A stretch of 64,000 bases of DNA from Candidatus Roizmanbacteria bacterium (GTDB taxonomy: Bacteria > Patescibacteriota > Microgenomatia > UBA1406), in NCBI GenBank assembly GCA_024654535.1, contig JANLHL010000038.1, positions 237,299 through 301,298 on the forward strand, given 5' to 3'. Both the position numbers and the translations under genes were made by a program. Shown here piece after piece: positions 29,682 through 38,199 of this stretch; position 1 is the stretch's first letter; each line of letters opens with the position of its first letter. The notes under the pieces are model-generated. The model worked only from the letters and a program-made list of their open reading frames with translations, did no database searches and had not been told where the DNA came from.

Positions 29682-31219
29682 CAGACTTTATTTCAGACGA
29701 TCTTGTCGGTCAGCGCACACGACGAATTCAAAAACTTGAAGATCTTAAAGCGCTTGGTATAAACCCCTATCCATCAGAATCAAAAAAATCTTGCACAAAT
29801 AAAGAAATACTTGATGAGTTTAGCGCTTACGATAAAAAGAGCGTTACAGTAGCAGGTCGAATTATGACATGGCGAGAACATGGTGTTTTGGTATTCAGTG
29901 ATATTCGTGACATGAGCGGTGATTTACAACTGTGGATTACGAAAGATACGCTCGTAAAAGATTTAGGTAATGGTTACTTAGGTTGGGATGAGCTGAAACT
30001 GCTCGATACCGGTGATTTTGTTCAAGCTGAAGGTATAGTCACTAAAACTGCGAGAGGTGCTATTTCGGTAGCAGTTAAGAATCTAAAATTATTGTCAAAA
30101 AGCATTCGCCCAATCCCACAACGCCTGGCTGATCAGGAAGAACTGTTGCGCAGACGGTACTTAGATTTACTATTACACAGTGAGAAGAAAGAACTGTTTT
30201 TGCGTAAAGAGCGGTTTTTTGAAGCAAACAGAGAATTTTTAAAGAAAAATGGATTTGTTGAAGTTACCACTCCTGTCCTTGAACATGTGACCGGTGGTGC
30301 AGATGCACGTCCTTTTGCTACCCACCATAACGACTTACATGAAGATTTTTATTTGCGCATCTCAACCGAACTCTATCAGAAACGGCTTATTGGAGCAGGA
30401 TTTGAAAAGATATTTACCATTGGTCCTAATTTTAGAAACGAGGGAATTAGCGACGAACACTTGCAAGAATACTCTCAGATAGAGTGGTACTGGGCATATG
30501 CAAATTACCGCGACAATATGCTCTTAGTTCGCGATTGTATACGGCATGTTGCGCAGAGCGTTTACGGAAAAACTGTTTTTAGTACGCGCGGTCTTACGTT
30601 TGATTTGGCACATGAATGGAAAGAACTCGACTATAAAACCGTGATACAAGAGCGTCTGGGAATAGATATTTTTGCCGATTCAGATGAGAAAATACAGAAA
30701 GCAATTATTGAGAACGGTGTTCATCTAAAAGGAATCATAAACAGAAGTAGACTCATCGATAATGCGTGGAAGATCGTTCGGAAGACTATGTCGGGGCCGG
30801 CATTTCTGGTGAATGAACCAGCAAGTATGTCGCCTTTGGCCAAGGCTCGTACTGATGATCCTACTCTCACCGAACGTTTTCATGTTATTTTAGCCGGGAG
30901 CGAGTTGGGTAATGGGTATTCAGAGGTAAATGACCCACAGTATCAGCTAGAGCAATTTCTTGGACAACAAAAATTGCGTGACGCTGGGGATGATGAGGCT
31001 CAGATGTTGGATATTGATTATGTTGAAATGCTGGAATACGGTATGCCGCCCGTGTCTGGGTATGGCCAAAGTGAACGCGTATTTTGGTTTTTAGAAGATA
31101 TTACCGCACGTGAAGGTACGCTCTTTCCACAATTAAGCTTTGCACTAGACGAAACGACGAAGAAAATTTATGGTGAAAAAGTGATTCAACATACAAAACA
31201 TGGCCGAGATAATACATAG
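29678..31219 (+). CDS. lysS: lysine--tRNA ligase (class II)
   Basis: GINPYP, VAGRI, RRRYLDL, GGADARPF, FRNEG, ERF, YGMPP. Confidence 0.95.
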   Translation: MTDFISDDLVGQRTRRIQKLEDLKALGINPYPSESKKSCTNKEILDEFSAYDKKSVTVAGRIMTWREHGVLVFSDIRDMSGDLQLWITKDTLVKDLGNGYLGWDELKLLDTGDFVQAEGIVTKTARGAISVAVKNLKLLSKSIRPIPQRLADQEELLRRRYLDLLLHSEKKELFLRKERFFEANREFLKKNGFVEVTTPVLEHVTGGADARPFATHHNDLHEDFYLRISTELYQKRLIGAGFEKIFTIGPNFRNEGISDEHLQEYSQIEWYWAYANYRDNMLLVRDCIRHVAQSVYGKTVFSTRGLTFDLAHEWKELDYKTVIQERLGIDIFADSDEKIQKAIIENGVHLKGIINRSRLIDNAWKIVRKTMSGPAFLVNEPASMSPLAKARTDDPTLTERFHVILAGSELGNGYSEVNDPQYQLEQFLGQQKLRDAGDDEAQMLDIDYVEMLEYGMPPVSGYGQSERVFWFLEDITAREGTLFPQLSFALDETTKKIYGEKVIQHTKHGRDNT

Positions 31220-31916
31220 AGAACTCGATCCACAAAAATCTTCTATTTCACTAATCATTTGGGACGTCGATGGTACATTGTATCAAAGTAGTCCTAATCT
31301 TTCTGAGCAGTATAGGAATGCAAACAAAGTACTTTTTAAAAAATGGTTTCCAAATAGGTCAGAAGTTGAGCTTACACAGGAATTTTTACAAATAAAAGAA
31401 CAGACAAAGAGCTCTACGCAGGCGTTATCAAATATGGGTTGTGGAAGTTTGGTAGAAGTTGAGCAACAACTCGAACTATATCTCGATACTAAAAAGAGCA
31501 TACAGCCGAATCAAGATCTAGTTGTATTTTTTTCTAAACTTACAGATCTTTACCCTGCTCGACACTGGGCCGTCCGCAATGGTTTCACAGTCAGTACGAT
31601 CGAGAGGTTGTCATTGATAGGTTTTGAAAAAGGCCAGGATGGTTTATTCGGACCATTCGAAAAGGTTATTGGCACGTTTGATACCTACCAAGTTGCGAAA
31701 CCGTCGCAGCTCATTTTTGCCGACCTACTGCGTATGGCGAATGTGCCCGCACATAAAATACTTTCGGTAGGCGATAGAGCTGAAATTGAATTAACACCGG
31801 CAAAAAAGTTGGGTATGCAAACCGCATTAATTACCTACGGTAAGCCAGCCGAAAAAAATAAAGACATCGACTATATTATCCAAACGCCCTACGACATTGA
31901 ATCGCTGATGCAATAG
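31200..31916 (+). CDS. HAD-family hydrolase
   Basis: WDVDGTLY, AKPS, SVGDR, AKKLGM. Confidence 0.85.
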   Translation: MAEIIHRELDPQKSSISLIIWDVDGTLYQSSPNLSEQYRNANKVLFKKWFPNRSEVELTQEFLQIKEQTKSSTQALSNMGCGSLVEVEQQLELYLDTKKSIQPNQDLVVFFSKLTDLYPARHWAVRNGFTVSTIERLSLIGFEKGQDGLFGPFEKVIGTFDTYQVAKPSQLIFADLLRMANVPAHKILSVGDRAEIELTPAKKLGMQTALITYGKPAEKNKDIDYIIQTPYDIESLMQ

Positions 31917-31984
31917 CAGATTCTTATTTTCATCAGAAAGACTAGTATTTGTTTTTTTTGACATTTGTCACTTGAACTTCATTT

Positions 31985-32060
31985 GACATTGCGATCTTAG
32001 CGAAGCAATCTCTCATTTCCATTGATCAGATTGCTTCGGTCGTTCCTCCCTCGCAATGAC
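31985..32060. repeat. REP-like palindromic element
   Basis: GACATTGCGA(31985)/TCGCAATGAC(32051) and CGAAGCAATCT(32001)/AGATTGCTTCG(32028). Confidence 0.75.
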
Positions 32061-32081
32061 GATTATATTTAGTAGTATGAT

Positions 32082-32137
32082 TTGGATATTGGATATTGGA
32101 TATTGGATATTGGATATTGGATATTGGATATTGGATA
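32082..32137. repeat. perfect heptamer tandem repeat (TTGGATA)x8
   Basis: Read directly from the sequence. Confidence 0.97.
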
Positions 32138-32158
32138 TCCCTCCTGTATACTTGTCCC

Positions 32159-32725
32159 ATGCTTACTCGACAAACGTATCTTGACATTGTGAATGCTCAT
32201 ATAAAAAACAAAAATTTAGTTAAGCACTGCTTAGCTGTAGAAGCTGCTATGCGAGCTCTTGCGCGACATTTCCAGGAGGATGAAGATGTATGGGGATTGG
32301 CAGGGCTTATCCATGACGCGGATTGGGAGGAAACGGCAAATGATATAACTTTACATACAAAAAAGACTATCGAATGGTTAAAAGAGCACGGAGAAGATGA
32401 TACACGTATTATAGAGACAGTGCTTGCGCATAATTATAAGAATAACGGACACGAAGAACCTAAAGATACTATGCAGTGGGCTCTTTACACTTGTGATGAG
32501 CTTACAGGGCTTATTATTGCAACGACGCTTGTTCGTCCAGATAAACAATTGACATCGGTAACTGTTGAGTCGGTTCTAAAAAAATTTCCTGCCAAAGCAT
32601 TTGCTGCGGGGGTTGATCGTGAGCAAATAAAACTGTGTGAAGAAAAACTTGGTATTCCGATTCATGACTTTGTGAATATTATCCTTACAGAAATGCAAGG
32701 CATCCACACAGACCTTGGATTATGA
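32159..32725 (+). CDS. HDIG/HD-domain metal-dependent hydrolase
   Basis: LVKHCLAVEAAM, GLIHDAD, DELTGLI, FAAGVDRE. Start moved to ATG 32159. Confidence 0.9.
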   Translation: MLTRQTYLDIVNAHIKNKNLVKHCLAVEAAMRALARHFQEDEDVWGLAGLIHDADWEETANDITLHTKKTIEWLKEHGEDDTRIIETVLAHNYKNNGHEEPKDTMQWALYTCDELTGLIIATTLVRPDKQLTSVTVESVLKKFPAKAFAAGVDREQIKLCEEKLGIPIHDFVNIILTEMQGIHTDLGL

Positions 32726-33327
32726 GACAGCTTCTTATAGCAACGCGCAATAAAGCAAAACTCCTAGAAATAAAGAATACTTTCTCTACACTCTCCACAA
32801 TATCTGTTGTCGATTTGTCGACGCTGAATATTTCTCAAGAGGCAAAAGAAACCGCTACTACTTTTAAAGAAAATGCGAAGCTGAAAGCTACTTTTTTCGC
32901 AAATATATCGCGCCTTCCCACACTTGCAGATGACGCCGGTATAGAAATACAAGCTCTTAATGGCGAACCAGGTGTTCGATCGCGCAGGTGGCTAGGATAT
33001 GAAGCGAGTGATGAGGAGCTTATACACTATACACTATCACGCTTGAAAGGGGTCGAAGGAAAAGAGCGTGCTGCTCGGTTGACAAGTTGTATCAGTGTAT
33101 ACATTCCTACTCTCAAAAGGTATATCTATCAGCAGGAGAGTATAGATGGTTCTATAGCTAAAAAGCCAAGCAGTAGACGAGTTGAGGGATATCCATACCG
33201 ATCAGTTTTTATAGTAGATGCATTCAATAAGTATTATGATGAGCTTTCGCCCAAAGAGCACGATGCAATTAATCATCGTGTCCGTGCATTGAAAAATATT
33301 ATCCCTCAACTTAATAATTTAGTGTAG
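32722..33327 (+). CDS. rdgB: non-canonical purine NTP pyrophosphatase (RdgB/HAM1)
   Basis: ATRNKAK, ETATTFKENAKLKA, ADDAG, LNGEPGVRSRR, NHR. Confidence 0.9.
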   Translation: MRQLLIATRNKAKLLEIKNTFSTLSTISVVDLSTLNISQEAKETATTFKENAKLKATFFANISRLPTLADDAGIEIQALNGEPGVRSRRWLGYEASDEELIHYTLSRLKGVEGKERAARLTSCISVYIPTLKRYIYQQESIDGSIAKKPSSRRVEGYPYRSVFIVDAFNKYYDELSPKEHDAINHRVRALKNIIPQLNNLV

Positions 33328-33337
33328 AATTTCATCT

Positions 33338-33850
33338 ATGATACGATTTATAACTCTCCTTTTGCAGCTTGCTACAATAGCAAGTCTGGGTGTTGTTGTT
33401 TTATTATGTCTAGGTCTATATATGAAAAAGCCTTTAACAGTATTTTCATATATTAAGAAACGAGTATTGTTCTTTTCTTTCTTGATGGCACTTATGGCCA
33501 CGAGCGGTAGTTTATTTTTTTCTGAAATAGCGCTTTTCGAACCATGTAAGCTTTGTTGGTTGCAGCGTATAGTTATGTATCCACAAGTAGTGCTGTTTGG
33601 GGTAGCGCTACTCAGAAAAGATGTGAAAATAATGACGTATACGGTGTATCTATCAGTCATTGGTGCTTCTATAGCGCTGTATCATTATGGACTCAACTGG
33701 TATGCGCTCTATTTTCCAGTTGAAAAGTGTTCAGTAACTTCAGTATCGTGTACAAGCCCTCATTTTGCCTTTGGCTTTGTCAATATCCCGCTCATGTCAT
33801 TTTTGGCCTTTATCATTCTTCTATTGCTGTATAAATACTCGAAAGAATAA
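33338..33850 (+). CDS. dsbB: disulfide bond formation protein DsbB/BdbC
   Basis: GSLFFSE..PCKLCWLQRIVMYP, a second Cys pair, FGFVNIPLMS. Confidence 0.88.
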   Translation: MIRFITLLLQLATIASLGVVVLLCLGLYMKKPLTVFSYIKKRVLFFSFLMALMATSGSLFFSEIALFEPCKLCWLQRIVMYPQVVLFGVALLRKDVKIMTYTVYLSVIGASIALYHYGLNWYALYFPVEKCSVTSVSCTSPHFAFGFVNIPLMSFLAFIILLLLYKYSKE

Positions 33851-33865
33851 ACCCGTTCTATTCGA

Positions 33866-33962
33866 GAATATCCAACAAAAATTTTGAAATTTGGCATTGG
33901 GATTTGGAACTTTATTGGATATTTGAATTTGGATATTGGAGTTGCAATGGATATTGGGTATT
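33866..33962. repeat. heptamer-derived tract; left arm of the inverted repeat around serS
   Basis: 33881-33916 is the exact reverse complement of 35334-35369. Confidence 0.9.
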
Positions 33963-33988
33963 AGGGTTGCTTTTGCTATACTTGAAAT

Positions 33989-35299
33989 ATGTTGGATATA
34001 AACTTTATTCGTAAAAACCTTGAGTTGGTCAAAAAAACTGTTGTAAACAAGAAGTTCTCAAATCGTGTAGACGTAGATAGATTACTTGAACTTGATGCAC
34101 AGCTGTTACCTATCAAAATCGAGCTCAATGATGTTCGTCAAAAAAGAAATGAATTAGACAAAAAGATTAAATTTACAAAAGTTCTTAAGGAAAGGCAGCA
34201 ATTAATAGATGAGAATACGCGTCTTAAGACTCGCTTAAAAAGTCTCGAAGTTGACTATGTAAAGCTCAACGAACAATTTGAAAAAATGATGCTTTTGTTG
34301 CCAAATGTAACGAGTCCTAAGATGCCAGTCGGTAAAGACGAAAGCGAAAATATATCTATTCGAAAATGGGGAACAATTCCAAAATTTAGCTTTACTCCTC
34401 GCAATCACGTGGAGTTGGGCAAGCGTTTAGATATTATTGATGTTGAAAGATCTTCTGAAGTAAGTGGCGCACGTTTTTATTATTTAAAAAATGAAGCGGT
34501 ACGAATGCAGTTTGCCATTATTCAAATGGTTTTTGAAATTTTATCAGATAAAACTGTTTTGAAACGATTGGCCGATACGGCAAAAAATCCTTTCAGTAAT
34601 GCATTTATACCGGTTATTCCACCAGTCATGATCAAACCAGAGATTATGAAGAAAATGGATAGACTTGATCCAATCGAAGAAAGGTATGAGCTTAAAAAAG
34701 ACGATTTAATCTTAGTCGGTAGCGCTGAACATACACTCGGTCCTATGCACATGAATGAAACGTTTGCATATGATGACTTGCCAAAAAGATACATAGGGTA
34801 TTCGACTGCCTTTCGAAGAGAGGCGGGTTCATATGGAAAAGACATGCAAGGTATCTTACGGGTGCATCAGTTTGATAAGCTCGAAATGGAATCATTTGTA
34901 CCTGCAGAGTATGGCGAGGTTGAACAAGATTTTATTGTTGCGATACAAGAATATCTGGTTCAACAGTTAGGACTTCCATACCAGGTTATTCAAATTTGTA
35001 CAGGAGACACTGGCAAACCAGATTATAATCAATACGACATAGAATGTTGGATTCCTTCGCAAAATAAATATAGAGAAACCCACACTTCGGATTACATGAC
35101 CGATTATCAATCGAGAAGACTAAACATTCGTTATTTTGATAAAGATAAAAATAAAAAATTTGTTCATATGAATGACGCTACTGCCTTTGCTATTAGCAGG
35201 ATCTTAATTGCAATCCTTGAGAATTTTCAACAAGAAGATGGAAGCGTACTTGTCCCAGAGGTTTTACAGCCACTGTGTGGATTTAAGAAGATAGGATAG
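33989..35299 (+). CDS. serS: serine--tRNA ligase
   Basis: MLDINFIR, SGARFYYL, GSAEH, FRREAGSYGKD..GILRVHQFDKLE, YDIECWIP, DYQSRRLNIR. Confidence 0.97.
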   Translation: MLDINFIRKNLELVKKTVVNKKFSNRVDVDRLLELDAQLLPIKIELNDVRQKRNELDKKIKFTKVLKERQQLIDENTRLKTRLKSLEVDYVKLNEQFEKMMLLLPNVTSPKMPVGKDESENISIRKWGTIPKFSFTPRNHVELGKRLDIIDVERSSEVSGARFYYLKNEAVRMQFAIIQMVFEILSDKTVLKRLADTAKNPFSNAFIPVIPPVMIKPEIMKKMDRLDPIEERYELKKDDLILVGSAEHTLGPMHMNETFAYDDLPKRYIGYSTAFRREAGSYGKDMQGILRVHQFDKLEMESFVPAEYGEVEQDFIVAIQEYLVQQLGLPYQVIQICTGDTGKPDYNQYDIECWIPSQNKYRETHTSDYMTDYQSRRLNIRYFDKDKNKKFVHMNDATAFAISRILIAILENFQQEDGSVLVPEVLQPLCGFKKIG

Positions 35300-35310
35300 T
35301 GTAAGAAACT

Positions 35311-35445
35311 CAAATACCCAATATCCAATATCAAATAAAGTTCCAAATCCCAATGCCAAATTTCAAAATGGGACATTGATACTTTGACATTTACCTGCCT
35401 CGCCGGCAGGCGGGCTGGATATTGGATATTTGAACTTGGATATTC
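35311..35445. repeat. heptamer-derived tract (right arm) with an internal GC-rich palindrome CCTGCCTCGCCGGCAGGCGGG (35394-35414)
   Basis: A-rich arm 35311-35369 followed by a T-rich arm that the palindrome interrupts. Confidence 0.88.
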
Positions 35446-35499
35446 CATAAACTTTCTTTCACTCCTGAAGAAAGTTTATGGTTATGGTATATTCTCTCT

Positions 35500-38187
35500 A
35501 TGCTTAATTTTCTAAAATCACTCGTTGATACTAATGCTCGAGAACTTAAACGTTTATCTCGTATTGTTGTCGAAATAAATAACCTTGAAGACAAGGCGCG
35601 TGCACTTAAAGATGCTGATTTTCCCAAAGAAACGCACAAACTGAAAGAACAAATAACACACGATCCTACACAGCTTTCTGTCGTACTGCCTTGGGCATAT
35701 GCACTCGTTAGGGAAGCATCTCGTCGCGTATTGGGAGAACGACATTTTGATGTGCAGCTAATGGCCGGTATAGCACTTCACGAAGGGAACATTGCAGAGC
35801 AAAAAACTGGTGAAGGAAAGACACTGTCTGCGACAGCGCCACTGTATCTCAATGCGCTCACAGGTAAAGGCGCACATTTGGTAACGGTGAATGATTACCT
35901 TGCTCGTCGCGACGCAGGTTGGATGGGTATGGTATTTGATTTTTTGGGTATGACCACGTCTGCCATTATTTCAGAGCAATCGTACATTTACGATAGGGAA
36001 CATTTTGATACATCTAGCTCAGATTGGCGCATTACTCATTTGCGCAACGTTTCACGAAAAGAAGCGTATATGGCAGATATTACGTATGGTATTAATAGTG
36101 AATTTGGGTTCGATTATCTGCGTGATAACATGGTATTTGCACAAGAAGAGTGGGTACAGCGCGGATTTAATTTTGCCATAATTGATGAAGTTGACTCAGT
36201 TCTTATAGATGAAGCACGTACGCCGCACATAATCTCTGCACCTATTGAACAGGACACCAGTCGGTACTACGACTATGCACGTATTGTAGACAGGCTTTTA
36301 CCAAATGTTGATTATGCGGTAGATGAAAAATTGAAGACAGCCAATCTTACTGAGGTAGGAGTGGAAAAAGTTGAGAAATTGCTTGGTACAGAAAATATGT
36401 ATGAAAAAGACTACGACACCCTTTTTCATATAGAGGCATCGTTGAAAGCAAAAGCGCTTTTTAGACTCGACAAAGATTACATAGTTCGCAATAATGAAAT
36501 CGTCATCGTTGATGAATTTACCGGTCGACTTCTCGAAGGGAGACGTTTTTCCGAGGGAATACACCAAGCTATTGAGGCAAAAGAGAATGTTCCTATAAAA
36601 CAAGAATCAAAAACGCTCGCGACCATTTCATTGCAGAATTATTTCAGAATGTATGACAAGCTTGCGGGTATGACAGGAACAGCTGCAACAGAAGCCGAAG
36701 AATTTCATAAAATTTACAAACTCAATGTGATCGTCATTCCGACAAATAAAGAGAAAAAACGTATTGATAATCCAGACTACATTTACAAAACAGAGAAAGG
36801 TAAGTTTAGTGCATTAGTGGAAGAAATAGCAAAAGAACACAAAGTAGGTAGGCCAATTCTCGTTGGTACGACAAGTATAGAAAAAAATGAAGTTCTTTCG
36901 GGCTTACTTAAGAGGAAAGGCATTCCTCATGAGCTTTTAAATGCAAAGAATCATGAAAGTGAGGCATCTATTATCGCTCAAGCAGGCGCATTGAAAGCAG
37001 TTACTATAGCAACAAATATGGCTGGTCGTGGTGTTGACATACTCTTGGGTGGAACTCCACCAAATAAGAACGACGATAGCGAGAATAAGAAGTCCGATGC
37101 AAAAAAATACAATCAAGAGTTGTTGCAGTGGAAGAAAAATCACGAACAAATTGTGAGTTTGGGTGGACTTTATGTGATTGGAACTGAGCGACATGAATCT
37201 CGCCGCATCGATAATCAGCTTAGAGGGCGGGCAGGCCGACAGGGAGATCCAGGAGAAACACGATTCTTTATCTCACTCGAAGATGAAATGGTTCGGATCT
37301 TTGGAGGAGATCACATTGGTAAGCTTATGACATTTTTTAATATGCCAGAAGATCAACCACTCGAACACGCCATGGTTTCCAAAGCTATAGAGCAAGTGCA
37401 GGTTAAGGTTGAAGGATTTAACTTTGATGTACGTAAACATTTGCTGGAGTTCGATGATGTATTAAATAAGCACAGAGAAATAATTTACACTCAGCGCAAA
37501 CATATGATAGATAGAGCGAGTCAAAGCGTTGAGCATATGAAGCAATTTGTTATGGACTCAATTATCGGACTCGTTTCTGATCTTGAAAAAAATACAAATC
37601 AGGATGAACAACAGCGCAAAGGAATGCTTATAGATTTGACAAAGGAAATCTTTTCATTAACCGAAGAGAATCAGAAACAACTTGAGACGATGGATGCGTC
37701 TGAACTATCTAAGAAGCTGCAAGAAAATATAGTGCGCGTATTAACAGAAAAGGAAAAGGTTTTTGGGTCAGATATTTATTTACAAGGTGTCAAAGTTTTG
37801 TATCTCAGTACCGTTGATCACTACTTTACAGAGCACCTCACTAGTATAGAAAGTTTGCGTGAAGGAATTAACTTGCGCGGTTATGCTCAGCTTGATCCGC
37901 TGGTAGAATATAAAAAAGAGGCTTTTAAGCTTTTCCACAGTATGCGTGAGGCCATACGTACCGATTTTGTGCGGAGATTAGTGCATTTAGAAGTACAACC
38001 GATGATGGATACGCCGCAGCAAGAGATAACTATACCGGCAAACCCAAGTGAGTTATCGCAAAAATCTGTTTCTCATAAAAAGAAAACTGGAAAAAAGGCA
38101 GAGTCGACCAAACTTGGGAGAAATGATCCCTGTTGGTGTGGTAGTGGAAAGAAGTGGAAAAAATGCCACTATCCAAAAATGAATTAA
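35500..38187 (+). CDS. secA: preprotein translocase ATPase SecA
   Basis: KTGEGKT, VTVNDYLARRD, IDEVDSVLIDEARTP, ATNMAGRG, RIDNQLRGRAGRQGDPG, SEC-C motif GRNDPCWCGSGKKWKKCH. Confidence 0.98.
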   Translation: MLNFLKSLVDTNARELKRLSRIVVEINNLEDKARALKDADFPKETHKLKEQITHDPTQLSVVLPWAYALVREASRRVLGERHFDVQLMAGIALHEGNIAEQKTGEGKTLSATAPLYLNALTGKGAHLVTVNDYLARRDAGWMGMVFDFLGMTTSAIISEQSYIYDREHFDTSSSDWRITHLRNVSRKEAYMADITYGINSEFGFDYLRDNMVFAQEEWVQRGFNFAIIDEVDSVLIDEARTPHIISAPIEQDTSRYYDYARIVDRLLPNVDYAVDEKLKTANLTEVGVEKVEKLLGTENMYEKDYDTLFHIEASLKAKALFRLDKDYIVRNNEIVIVDEFTGRLLEGRRFSEGIHQAIEAKENVPIKQESKTLATISLQNYFRMYDKLAGMTGTAATEAEEFHKIYKLNVIVIPTNKEKKRIDNPDYIYKTEKGKFSALVEEIAKEHKVGRPILVGTTSIEKNEVLSGLLKRKGIPHELLNAKNHESEASIIAQAGALKAVTIATNMAGRGVDILLGGTPPNKNDDSENKKSDAKKYNQELLQWKKNHEQIVSLGGLYVIGTERHESRRIDNQLRGRAGRQGDPGETRFFISLEDEMVRIFGGDHIGKLMTFFNMPEDQPLEHAMVSKAIEQVQVKVEGFNFDVRKHLLEFDDVLNKHREIIYTQRKHMIDRASQSVEHMKQFVMDSIIGLVSDLEKNTNQDEQQRKGMLIDLTKEIFSLTEENQKQLETMDASELSKKLQENIVRVLTEKEKVFGSDIYLQGVKVLYLSTVDHYFTEHLTSIESLREGINLRGYAQLDPLVEYKKEAFKLFHSMREAIRTDFVRRLVHLEVQPMMDTPQQEITIPANPSELSQKSVSHKKKTGKKAESTKLGRNDPCWCGSGKKWKKCHYPKMN

Positions 38188-38199
38188 TGATCAAATTAA

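Noticed and set aside
32082-32137. Possible CRISPR array
   Set aside because: Contiguous 7-nt units with no spacers, and no cas genes in the window.
32096-32158. N-terminal extension MDIGYWILDIGYW of the HD protein
   Set aside because: It is the translation of the heptamer repeat from a TTG; ATG 32159 has a -10 box and matches the family start.
33866-35445. Autonomous IS or composite transposon
   Set aside because: No transposase and no clear target-site duplication; kept only as a repeat-flanked locus.
35227-35639. Minus-strand ORFs of 73 and 82 aa
   Set aside because: They are translations of repeat tracts and antisense to serS/secA.
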